Of a stretch of DNA of 64,000 nucleotides, positions 1 through 9,300 are shown piece after piece. The notes under the pieces are model-generated. The model saw only the letters and a program-made list of their open reading frames with translations. It had not been told where the DNA came from and searched no databases. Source of the DNA: an uncultured Lachnospiraceae bacterium (GTDB lineage: Bacteria > Bacillota > Clostridia > Lachnospirales > Lachnospiraceae); the NCBI GenBank assembly GCA_947167135.1, contig CAMVGV010000010.1, forward strand, positions 2,237-66,236. Direction: 5' to 3'. Each line of letters starts with the position of its first letter. The stretch's first letter is position 1. The position numbers were made by a program, and so were the translations under genes.

Positions 1-254
1 ATACCGTGACGGATCGCTCCTGCCTGACCGGTATAGCCGCCGCCAAATACATTTACCTTAACATCATACTTGTCAACCGTATCGGTAGCTACAAGGGGCT
101 GACGGACTATAACCTTCAGTGTCTCAAGTCCGAAATAGTCGTCGATACTTCTCTTATTTATTGTGATCTCTCCCTTGCCGGGTACGAGATATACTCTGGC
201 TACGGAGCTCTTCCTTCTGCCTGTACCATAGTACTGATTAACTGTCTTAGCCAT
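1..254 (-). CDS. rpsI: 30S ribosomal protein S9, N-terminal part (3' end runs off the window)
   Basis: Manual minus-strand translation from the ATG at 254-252 gives [36 protein letters not shown]...[14 protein letters not shown], a canonical S9 N-terminus. It lies directly downstream of rplM. It is absent from the ORF track because it is truncated. Confidence 0.9.
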   Translation of the reverse strand, partial: MAKTVNQYYGTGRRKSSVARVYLVPGKGEITINKRSIDDYFGLETLKVIVRQPLVATDTVDKYDVKVNVFGGGYTGQAGAIRHG

Positions 255-269
255 TGCTTTCCCTCCTTA

Positions 270-698
270 TCAGAATTTCAGTTCCTCAGGCTTCTGAGCT
301 GCATGATCATGCTCAGGACCTGCGTAAACGTGAAGCTTCTTAAACATCTGGCGGCCTAAAGGCCCCTTGGGAAGCATTCCCTTAACAGCGAGTTCAAATA
401 CCTCTTCAGGCTTCTTTGCGAGCTTCTGGCGAAGAGTCTGGGTCTTTAATCCACCCACATAATCAGAGTGTCTCTTGTAGATCTTATTGTCCAGCTTCTT
501 TCCCGTAACCTTGATCTTTGAAGCGTTTACGATGATCACATTGTCTCCGGTATCAAGGAAGGGTGTGTATATGGGCTTATGCTTTCCGCGAAGCACGATA
601 GCAACCCTGGAAGCAAGACGTCCGAGTGTCTGTCCCTCTGCATCGACAACATACCATTTTCTGTCGATATTAGAGGCGCTTGCCATATATGTATCCAT
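270..698 (-). CDS. rplM: 50S ribosomal protein L13
   Basis: ...[47 protein letters not shown]... is the L13 signature. I prefer the internal start MDTYMASAS (ATG 698-696), which has a GGAGGA SD 11 nt upstream, over the 764 start in the track. Confidence 0.92.
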   Translation of the reverse strand: MDTYMASASNIDRKWYVVDAEGQTLGRLASRVAIVLRGKHKPIYTPFLDTGDNVIIVNASKIKVTGKKLDNKIYKRHSDYVGGLKTQTLRQKLAKKPEEVFELAVKGMLPKGPLGRQMFKKLHVYAGPEHDHAAQKPEELKF

Positions 699-888
699 TG
701 CAAATCCTCCGAATCCGCACCGCCTTAAAGGTTCATCAACCGGCGGTGTCTCCTGTATTTTCATTTCAAAACATAGTTTCCGTGCAGACCGGGGCTGTGG
801 TCTGCAGCGTCAACAATTCTACAATACAGAAATACTCTTTGTCAAGGAAACTGTAGCAAATAATTGAATTTTTAGATACAATAGGTGC

Positions 889-1992
889 ATGAATCCTTCA
901 GGAAACACGAGGCTAAATTATATTGACTTTGCCAAGGGTATCGGCATAATCCTGGTGATACTTGGCCATATTTCCTATCTGTCGGACAACAGCCGCATCT
1001 TTATTGTATCCTTTCATATGCCGCTTTTCTTTGTGATCTCGGGACTTCTGATCTATCTGAAAAATGAAGCTGGCCGCGATTTCAATACTCTTATAAAGCT
1101 GAAGGCAAAAAGGATGATGCTGCCGTATTTTCTCTATTCTGCTGCGGGCATACTGATCTATATCGTTTACTACCTTATTACCGGCAGAGACGGAGGTTTT
1201 CCCACCGTAATATCAGACATCATTCAGACCCTTACTCTTTACGGCTTTTCGGTAATGTGGTTCCTCCCCGCCATCTTCGGGGCAGAGCTGCTCTTTATCC
1301 TTCTGATCAAAAAAACCAAATATCCGCCGATAATAATGATCGTGCTGACCGCCGCAGCAATGATCCTGAATACGTACCTCGAAAGGGCCAATGCCCTCTA
1401 TGGAACGGAGACTGTTTTTTCCGTTTTCCACCTGATCGCCGTAATGCTGCTTAGGATCCCGGTATGTGCTTCCTTTACGGCATTGGGCTATTATATCGCA
1501 AAACTGTGGGACAGAGTGCCCTCTCTCGGACCGGCTCTTTTCGGAAAACTCACCCTGCCGGCAGATATTTTTATCGGTATCGACCTTATCGGGCTTACGG
1601 CGGTCATCAGTCATTTGAACGGAGTGACCGACCTCCACTTCCTTATATTTAATAATGTATCTTTCTACTACATCTCAGCCCTTTCCGGATCCTTCGGGCT
1701 GATACTCTTATGCAAAGCAATGGAGGGCGCCGCCAAGCTCCCTCCATTAAGACTGCTTTCATATTTCGGACAGAATTCACTTATAATAATGGTCACCCAT
1801 CTGAATTTCTACGTGCTGCTATGCGCGGAGATAGGCGGGTTCCATTTTACAAAACATCTTCCGGAGGGAGACCTCAAACACTGCATCTTTATGCTGCTGG
1901 TGCTTCTTTTTACCCTCTGCGGCGAGATCGTCCTTATAGAACTGATAAACAGAAGTAAATCCCGTCTGTTTTCAAAGAAACTTTCCGATTAA
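889..1992 (+). CDS. Acyltransferase family 3 integral membrane protein
   Basis: The N-terminal NYIDFAKGIGIILVILGH motif and about 10 hydrophobic segments are typical of Acyl_transf_3 (OatA/WecH-like) proteins. Confidence 0.7.
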   Translation: MNPSGNTRLNYIDFAKGIGIILVILGHISYLSDNSRIFIVSFHMPLFFVISGLLIYLKNEAGRDFNTLIKLKAKRMMLPYFLYSAAGILIYIVYYLITGRDGGFPTVISDIIQTLTLYGFSVMWFLPAIFGAELLFILLIKKTKYPPIIMIVLTAAAMILNTYLERANALYGTETVFSVFHLIAVMLLRIPVCASFTALGYYIAKLWDRVPSLGPALFGKLTLPADIFIGIDLIGLTAVISHLNGVTDLHFLIFNNVSFYYISALSGSFGLILLCKAMEGAAKLPPLRLLSYFGQNSLIIMVTHLNFYVLLCAEIGGFHFTKHLPEGDLKHCIFMLLVLLFTLCGEIVLIELINRSKSRLFSKKLSD

Positions 1993-2286
1993 ATCCGTTA
2001 GGTTCTTCTTCGGCTGCGCCCCGATAACGGGAGCGGAGGGCTCGCCATTCTTGAACATCATCATTGTGGGTATGGACATTATGCCGTATTCTCTTGCGGT
2101 TTCGGGGCACTCATCAACATCACAGCTTATGAACTTCACATTCTGATATTCCTCTGACAGCTCATCAAATATGGGAGCCATCATCTTGCAGGGGCCGCAC
2201 CAGGTCGCATTAAAATCAACAAGCACAGGCTCCTTTGCTTCCAATACTTCACTCTTGAAAACATCATCCGTTACTTTCTTTACCAT
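1972..2286 (-). CDS. trxA: Thioredoxin
   Basis: 104 aa with the WCGPCK active site and a thioredoxin-fold sequence. An AGGAGG SD precedes the ATG. Confidence 0.93.
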   Translation of the reverse strand: MVKKVTDDVFKSEVLEAKEPVLVDFNATWCGPCKMMAPIFDELSEEYQNVKFISCDVDECPETAREYGIMSIPTMMMFKNGEPSAPVIGAQPKKNLTDLIGKFL

Positions 2287-2367
2287 GTATGACCTCCTTT
2301 TTGTGGTGAAGATTATTTCCTTCGCCTTGTTTTTATCCTTTGACTAGTTTTTATTTTCTGCAATTAC

Positions 2368-2396
2368 ATTGTACGCAATTATTATTGTCCTGTCAA
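2368..2396 (-). promoter_or_regulatory. SigA-type promoter for trxA
   Basis: The minus strand reads TTGACA (2396-2391), a 17-nt spacer, then TACAAT (2373-2368), about 80 nt upstream of the trxA ATG. Confidence 0.6.
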
Positions 2397-2398
2397 TA

Positions 2399-3058
2399 CT
2401 ATTTTTTACATATGATGAATTTGCAGATCCTGTTTCCTTTTGCGGAAAACTTCTCTTCATACTCGGTCATAACATTGTCCTTCATAGCCCCGTTGTCGGA
2501 ATGAAGGTCGTAAGTGGAGTACAATAATTCCCACCCGGCAGGCCCTATCTCAGAAAGGCCGAAATCAAACAGACCCCTGTTATCTGTCTTGAATTCGATA
2601 GTACCCTCCCTTTTCAAAACCTGCTCGAAAACCGAAAGAAAACGGCCGGATACCAGCCGCCTCTTTGCATGTCTCTCCTTGGGCCAGGGATCGGAGAAAT
2701 TCAGGTAGATCCTGTCTATCTCGTCCTTTTCGAAGAAATCCGGCATATCAGCCGCATCCATCCGCAAAAACCGCACATTTTCCGGAACCGGCTTCCCTTC
2801 GGCAGCGCGCCGGTCAAGCTTCGCCAATGCTTTTACCATGACGCTCTCATATCTCTCTATTCCGACAAAATCAGCTTCGGGATGCTTCAGCGCCATTTCG
2901 ACGATAAATCTTCCCTTTCCCATCCCCACTTCGGTTATAAGCGGGGCCTTCCGCCCGAAGATCCTGTGCCAGTAGCCCTTTGTTTTATCCGGGCTGTCAA
3001 AGCAGCGGCTGTCTGCCGCCACTGCCTCTCTGGCCCAGGGGATATTACGTAATCTCAT
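2399..3058 (-). CDS. trmB: tRNA (guanine-N7)-methyltransferase
   Basis: 219 aa. The EVGMGKGRF SAM-binding loop, the FSDPWPKERHAKRR motif and the overall length match TrmB. Confidence 0.88.
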   Translation of the reverse strand: MRLRNIPWAREAVAADSRCFDSPDKTKGYWHRIFGRKAPLITEVGMGKGRFIVEMALKHPEADFVGIERYESVMVKALAKLDRRAAEGKPVPENVRFLRMDAADMPDFFEKDEIDRIYLNFSDPWPKERHAKRRLVSGRFLSVFEQVLKREGTIEFKTDNRGLFDFGLSEIGPAGWELLYSTYDLHSDNGAMKDNVMTEYEEKFSAKGNRICKFIICKK

Positions 3059-3118
3059 ACTACCTCTTTTTGATTTGCATAGAATATGTATTGCATTATA
3101 TAATAATGTAGTTGTGTT

Positions 3119-3405
3119 GTCATTATGAGCGCAGCGAAGAATCTTACAGCCGGTGGGAAGATCCTAGCTGTTGCTTCGCGTCTCGTCTCCCGACTCGGTC
3201 CGCGCTAAACGCGTGCCACTGGCACGCAGCGCCCCTCGCCGGGGGGGCATCCCACATCTGCGATGTGGGATAAACCTCGCCGGGGCGGCATCCCACATCT
3301 TCGATGTGGGATAAGCGTCGCTTCGCTCAGGATGACAATGTGACCGTTGTTCAGGATGACAATAAGGCTCCGCTCAGGATGACAATAAGGCTTCGCTCAG
3401 GTTTG
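3119..3405. repeat. Composite REP/BIME-like intergenic repeat array
   Basis: It contains GTCAT(T/C)(A/C)TGAGCG / CGCTCAGGATGAC units and GAAGA(A/T)TCTT units. It also has a 53-nt module with the GCGTGCCACTGGCACGC palindrome, and two tandem hairpins ATCCCACATCnnnGATGTGGGAT (3249-3271, 3290-3312). Confidence 0.85.
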
Positions 3406-3509
3406 GCACATTTTGAATGACGTTTTGCAGTGCTGAGCACGGCTGCCATCGGACAGACATGCGCGTCAGTGCCCCGCAGGAATTATGTTTCGCTTTTGAT
3501 AAAGATATA

Positions 3510-4988
3510 ATGCTCTATAATTTATTGAAAAAAACATCCATATATTTCACAGCCTTCGTTCTGGCTTTCACCGCGGCATTACTGCCATTTTCGCGTGTGT
3601 CCTACGCGGATGAGGTGACCCGGGACGATATCAATGCTGCGCGTATGGCTATTCCGATCTCCTCCAATGAGATCCCGGGCTGGCCCCAGGGTCCCGAAAC
3701 CGGCTCCGAAAGCGCCATTCTTATGGAAGCGGATAACGGCATCATATTATATGCGAAAAATATTGATACCCCTCGCTATCCCGCCAGTACCACAAAGATC
3801 ATGACCTGCCTTCTTGCCGCGGAAAACTGCTCTATGGATGAAATGGTGGGCTTTTCCAATAATGCGGTATTCGGCATTGACCGGGGCTCCTCCAATGTGG
3901 GAATGGATGTGGGTCAGGAGATAACCATGGAGGAGGCGATCTACTGCGTTATGCTGGCGTCTGCAAACGAGGTAGCGGTGGCGATTGCCGAGCATATCTC
4001 CGGCAGTGTGGAGGAGTTCTCGAAGCTTATGAATGAGAGGGCACGGGAGCTTGGCTGCACGAACACGAATTTCGTGAACCCCAACGGTCTTCCGGATGAG
4101 GAGCATCTGACAACCGCCCACGATCTCGCCCTGATCGCCCAGGAGTTTAATAAGAACGAAACCCTCCGCCGCATAGCCGGTACAAGGATCTATGATGTGG
4201 TTGCGACCAGCACACAGCCCGATTCCTTCACAATGACAAATCATAATAAGATGTATCCCGGCAATTCCCGCTCCTATGATTACACCACTTGGGGGAAGAC
4301 AGGCTACACCAACGCCGCAAGGGAGACCCTTGTTACCTGCGCCGAGAAGGACGGTCTGAACCTGATCTGCGTGGTAATGAAGGCTGAACCGCCCTATCAG
4401 TACACCGATACCTACAATCTCTTCGAGTATGGCTTCCAGAACTTTGAGAGGCTGAATATTGCTGAGAACGAGACCAGATACGATCTCGACAATTCCGATT
4501 TCTTCAATACCGACAACGGTATATTCGGAAATACGAAGACCCTTGTCAGCCTTTCCACGGACGGCTATGTGGTCATACCGAAGACTGCATCCTTTGAGGA
4601 TCTGAACAGTGAAGTCAATTATGATGATAAGAATGAGAATTCCCTTGGAAGAGTCACATATTCCTTCGGGGATATATATGTTGGGGAAACCGATCTGCTG
4701 CTATCCGACTCCAATGTGAAAACCTATATCTTCGGGGAAACCGTATCTGATGATGAGATAGAAGAGGTAAGCAAAGACGGTATACCCGGCTTCAGCAATA
4801 ATGATGTGGTCTTTCTGGATATAAAAAAGGTTCTGATCGCAGCCGGAATAGTCGCGGGAGCGATACTTATCATACTTCTCATCATTCTGTTCATAAAGAA
4901 CTACTTCTTCTCCGCACAGAGAAGGAGAAGAAAGATAAGAAAGAGAAACCGCCGCTATTTCTCGGAATTTGATGATTTTGATTTCTGA
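3510..4988 (+). CDS. D-alanyl-D-alanine carboxypeptidase (serine peptidase S11, PBP5-like) with C-terminal TM anchor
   Basis: SxxK motif (PASTTKIMT), SxN motif (LASANE) and KTG motif (WGKTGYT). A signal/TM segment sits at the N-terminus and a TM plus basic tail at the C-terminus. I prefer the start MLYNLLKK at 3510, because the track start at 3417 lies inside the repeat array. Confidence 0.85.
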   Translation: MLYNLLKKTSIYFTAFVLAFTAALLPFSRVSYADEVTRDDINAARMAIPISSNEIPGWPQGPETGSESAILMEADNGIILYAKNIDTPRYPASTTKIMTCLLAAENCSMDEMVGFSNNAVFGIDRGSSNVGMDVGQEITMEEAIYCVMLASANEVAVAIAEHISGSVEEFSKLMNERARELGCTNTNFVNPNGLPDEEHLTTAHDLALIAQEFNKNETLRRIAGTRIYDVVATSTQPDSFTMTNHNKMYPGNSRSYDYTTWGKTGYTNAARETLVTCAEKDGLNLICVVMKAEPPYQYTDTYNLFEYGFQNFERLNIAENETRYDLDNSDFFNTDNGIFGNTKTLVSLSTDGYVVIPKTASFEDLNSEVNYDDKNENSLGRVTYSFGDIYVGETDLLLSDSNVKTYIFGETVSDDEIEEVSKDGIPGFSNNDVVFLDIKKVLIAAGIVAGAILIILLIILFIKNYFFSAQRRRRKIRKRNRRYFSEFDDFDF

Positions 4989-5941
4989 GAATTTCTGAGC
5001 ATATTCAGGTACTTTCTTTCCTGCTCCTTCGCAGTTTTCTCCTTCTGTCTCAGATCCCCCTCATCTCCGGGCTTTGCGGGGCGTATAGTCTTCATTCCGT
5101 AAACAACGCCTTCCGAATGCTTCCTGATACGCAGATGGCCTCTCATTTTCCCGTGTTCCGGGCACTTGCCCATAGCAAAATACTGCTTTCCGTTCACGGA
5201 TACCCATGGGATAAAGACTGAAGTCTTTGCATCACAGCAAAAGCACCGTAAAGACCGTGCCTCTTTATCCCTCAGTACATCCCGTCTCTCGGGAAAACCT
5301 CTGGAAATGTATTTTGAATATGTTGGGAATGTTACATGGATTTCTTTTTCAGGACTTTGCGGAAGACTATAGACATCAAAGGACTCGTAAACCTCCAGCT
5401 CCCTTTTCTTTAATCTTCTGAAGATCTCGGCCGTATAATAAGCATCGCTGTCAGCCCTGTGGAAGCTGTCATTTTTCTCTATTTCAAGGGCATCGACCGC
5501 CTTCTCCAGCGATCTTCTGCTTTTCCCGTCATCAAGCTCCAGAGAGTAGAGCTTCTGGATATCCAGATAATGAAGAGGTCCCTCCGCGATCGGAGCAAGC
5601 CCATGGAAATCTGAATTTCTCCGAATCTCCGTCAGATCCATGCTGCCCCAGGTACAGAAAATATAATCATCTCCGCACCACCTCAAAAACCTCTCTAATA
5701 CCTCAGGAAAACCGTCGGCCTTTTTTAATTCCTCCATAGTAATGCTTGTCACCCGTGCAGTCATATAGAATATCTTCTTATATACCACGGGACGGATAAG
5801 GCTCTCAAAACGTCCTATGATCTCCTTATCCTGATTTAATTTCACGGCACCTATCTCAATGACCTCAAAGGGAAGGTCACTTCTTTCAGTTTTGGGAGTA
5901 CCCTGGTTCCATTCCAGATCCAGTACGATATAAACCTTCAT
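4955..5941 (-). CDS. DEDDh 3'-5' exonuclease domain protein (DnaQ/KapD-like) with C-terminal Cys/His-rich extension
   Basis: The N-terminus has IVLDLEWN (ExoI), CTWGSMD (ExoII) and HRADSDAYY (ExoIII, H-x4-D). The C-terminal third is not assignable. Its 3' end overlaps the convergent carboxypeptidase gene by 34 nt. Confidence 0.75.
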   Translation of the reverse strand: MKVYIVLDLEWNQGTPKTERSDLPFEVIEIGAVKLNQDKEIIGRFESLIRPVVYKKIFYMTARVTSITMEELKKADGFPEVLERFLRWCGDDYIFCTWGSMDLTEIRRNSDFHGLAPIAEGPLHYLDIQKLYSLELDDGKSRRSLEKAVDALEIEKNDSFHRADSDAYYTAEIFRRLKKRELEVYESFDVYSLPQSPEKEIHVTFPTYSKYISRGFPERRDVLRDKEARSLRCFCCDAKTSVFIPWVSVNGKQYFAMGKCPEHGKMRGHLRIRKHSEGVVYGMKTIRPAKPGDEGDLRQKEKTAKEQERKYLNMLRNSQKSKSSNSEK

Positions 5942-6054
5942 GTGCCTGATTATACCACATTACTCCGGATAATTAGCTAAGTACCTCGAATTCCCCTGAA
6001 AAAGAATTCCTCACCGCTTTCCCGGCAGACTGTTATTTACACTAATAAGGTACA

Positions 6055-6264
6055 AGATCCTTCGCTAACGCTCAGGATGACAAAGGAGGGGCGCCAATGG
6101 ATGACAAAGGAGAGGCGCCAACGGATGACAAAGGAGGGTGCCAATGGATGACAAAGGAGGGGCGCCAATGGATGACAAAGGAGGGGCGCCAATGGATGAC
6201 AAAGGATGGCGCCAATGAATGACAAAGGAGGGGCGCCAATGGATGACAAAGGAGGGCTCTTCCG
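6055..6264. repeat. REP unit followed by a tandem array of a 24-nt unit (7 full plus 1 partial copies)
   Basis: AGATCCTTCGCTAACGCTCAGGATGACAA is followed by GGATGACAAAGGAGGGGCGCCAAT repeated head to tail from about 6075. Two units are 23 nt. Confidence 0.9.
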
Positions 6265-6270
6265 GGTGAC

Positions 6271-6299
6271 AAAAAAGAGCACCCCGCCGGGATGCTCTT
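6271..6299 (-). terminator. Rho-independent terminator of the 1330-aa gene
   Basis: The minus strand reads GAGCATCCC-GGC-GGGGTGCTC (9-bp stem with one G-U) followed by TTTTTT, about 20 nt after the stop at 6317. Confidence 0.75.
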
Positions 6300-6316
6300 T
6301 CCATTGTTGTTTCCCT

Positions 6317-9300
6317 CTATTTTGTACTGCTGCTTGATGTTGTACTGCTTGAAGATGATGTACTGCTTGTCTTGGTGGTGGTTCCCGCCGTTATGGTAAA
6401 GTTCCCGTAGCCCATATATCCGGTGTACCTCCCTTTCCCGAATACAATTCCCTGCGCGGTCGCCGTTCCCGAGGATGAGCCCGTATTGTTGCTGTAATCC
6501 ACATACATATTGCCCTTTTTCAGCTTCTTCCCGTACAGCGTCACCTTCGGAATAGCTTTGATCGGCTTCCCCGTATATTTATACGAGCTCTTTTGGAATT
6601 TCACCACAGCGTCCGTAGTAACATGAGTAGGCTTGATCATAAAGTACCGGGTAACCTTGCCTGAATAGGGGCCGCCCTTTGCGGCCTTTATAATGATCTG
6701 AGCCATTCCCGCATTCTTATTCTTTTTGTATTTGATCTTCACATTGTAATCAATGCCGGGCTCCAGCTTCTTCCCTGTTTCGGCATCATAGATGGAAACC
6801 ACCTCAGGCTTTATCTTCTTTCCGGTATAATTGATTTCGGGAAGATCCCCTATGTGATCCTCTTCATTCCATTCGACTGTCCTTTCCCGGTCCTCGAATT
6901 TCAGATTCACGGATATGCTGCGGTCGCTTATGGGTTTCTTATCCTTTGCCTTCTGGAGCTTGAATTTCGGCTTCACCGTATTCTTGAAGGTACCTATTCC
7001 GGTAACCATCACCGTAAGCTTCTTCCCCTTTACATTATTTCCCTCAATGGAGCCTACCGTATAGTCTATACCCTCAGTCAGGGTAACATAGTGCTTGGTC
7101 TCGGACACATAGTATTTGACGATCATATTGTTCTTTATATCGTCGTATATCCTGGTCAGGGCCTTTCCCTCGCCCTCACTGTACTCCTGAGGTTCCAGTC
7201 CCTCTATCTTGCACTTGGAGATATTCAGCTGATCCTTCACTATCTTAAAGGGTACCGAGATCTCACCGGAGAAAATATCGCCCTTTCCCCGGACTATCAC
7301 CGCAGCTATTCCCTCATCTTTATTATTAACCCCAACGTAATTATAATGGCTCTCCACACCCCCGATCTTATTGTACATCACAAGAGCTTCGGGATATTCC
7401 TTTCCGCCCCTGTCCTTTTGTATTCCGGCCGGTGTCATATTGAAATCCACCAATACCTCCGGTATGGGTGTGATAGCCTTCCCGGTATGTGTCCAGATAT
7501 ATTTCTTCAGCTTGATATCAAGCATGGTCTGGTCTATATTCCCCGGAACCTTGAGATCCGAGGTATAGAGCCTCATACGCGGGGTTATGCCCATATACCT
7601 TGATGTGCTGTCATTATAGGGAATAGCACTTCCCTGAATCGGTTTGTTGTTTCCGGATACACTCATAAAGAAGCTCTCTGCTCCGGTCCTGGTTCCGTTG
7701 GTATAGGAAGAGAATATCACTCCGTTTTCGGACGCGATACTGCAGCCCAGCATCCTGTCACTCTCCGAGTTCTTGGAAGAGTATCCGGCCCGGTCTTTAT
7801 CATAGAACCCGTCCACCAGCATATGGAAATCCGTTGCATCCACTCTTTCAAAGCAGACAGATACCATATCATTTTTGTAGAAGAGTATAGGCTCATCAAG
7901 CTCAATAGTATGGTACCCGGGATAGCTCAGCTCGACCTGCTGGGTCAGTACCTCAAACTGATTGAGATACCTATCTCCTGAGGGATCATAGCCGCTGTAG
8001 ATTGTGAGCCTGTACCTTCCGGAATCCTGGATCCCGACCCCGACAGACTTCAAAACCTCCACATTTCCGCTGTTCGTTTTTCCGGAATGACCCGACTTGA
8101 AGATCCCGTATACCTTCTTTGTGGAGTAGGAATTAAAGTAATTCGATCCGTCATAGCCATAGCTGTAGTCACTGGTATCATTTTTCACAAAATCATAGGC
8201 AACGGCATATCTGTATTTATTATTATAGGCCTTAAACGCGGCATCCTCATAGGAGATCCAGAAGTGATCATAACCTAAATAATCATTCCCTTCCCCGGGT
8301 TTTGCCACCGTTGAACTTACGGCAAGAAAGGCTCCTGTGCGTGCGGGCTGGATATTCTTCCTGTCACCGATGGTCCACTTCTTAAAATTGCCAATAGCAA
8401 CCGAGTCGTCCCATCCCACAAGGGCTACGGTATGATCCGCCTTGTATCCGTTATACAAGGGGATATATTCATACTGATTTGTCTCCTTGTCCTCTGTGGC
8501 TGCCGGCTTAAAGCCTGAAATCTGACCATTCTTACCATTAGCTGTTCTTCTCATCTGGATACCAACCGCCCCATGATCCACTATCATGGCTTTTATGGCA
8601 TCTATATCCGTACTCGGAACCCAATAGGCATTTTTAAGCTGGGCACCCACGCCGCTGGTATCCGCTTCGTAATTTATGACATCCTCGTCATCGATCACGT
8701 TATTTCCGCCCTCTTCTCCCTTCATATATGGCGAAGCCCAGCGCTCATAGTTAAAGGTGGCAAAAAGAAGGTTTCCGCTGGCGGAATTAACAAAACGTTC
8801 GTCTGTGACCTTCATAACGGGAAATCCGTTATTACTTACGCTGTCAGGGCTGTCGCTGTGAGTATCGTACCTATCCCTGTCAAAAATACCGGTATAATCC
8901 CAGTAATGATTAAATACATTCGATCCGCTTTTCTTCTTCTCGGAAAGGCTGTCTTTATCAAAATACGGAGTGTCGCTGGTTTTCTTCCAGGTTTCGCCGT
9001 AGCTGTCATATCTGTATTGATTATAGGTGGCCTGAGCTATCTGCAGGGGATCGGCACTGGTCTTATCGCCCTTTTTTCTCAAGCCCTTCTTTGTCATATT
9101 AATATCTGCCAGGGCAGCCGCGGTATAAGCCCAGCACAGCTTGTTATCGCTTGTGGAATCATTTCCGCTGGCATCTTTCAGGACATACGAAATACTCTTG
9201 TCAAAATACTCATCATATGACCCTAAATATCTGCTCTGCTCGGAAGCAATCGAGCTTAACTCCGCTTCCCCGGAGGATGCAAGTTCAGCAAGCCTGGCAT

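Noticed and set aside
6037-6304. Three overlapping minus-strand ORFs of 66-81 aa with PLAPLLCH / SFVIHWRP repeats
   Set aside because: They are the three reading frames of the 24-nt tandem repeat. They have no SD or independent start context and consist of purely periodic sequence, so they are repeat artefacts.
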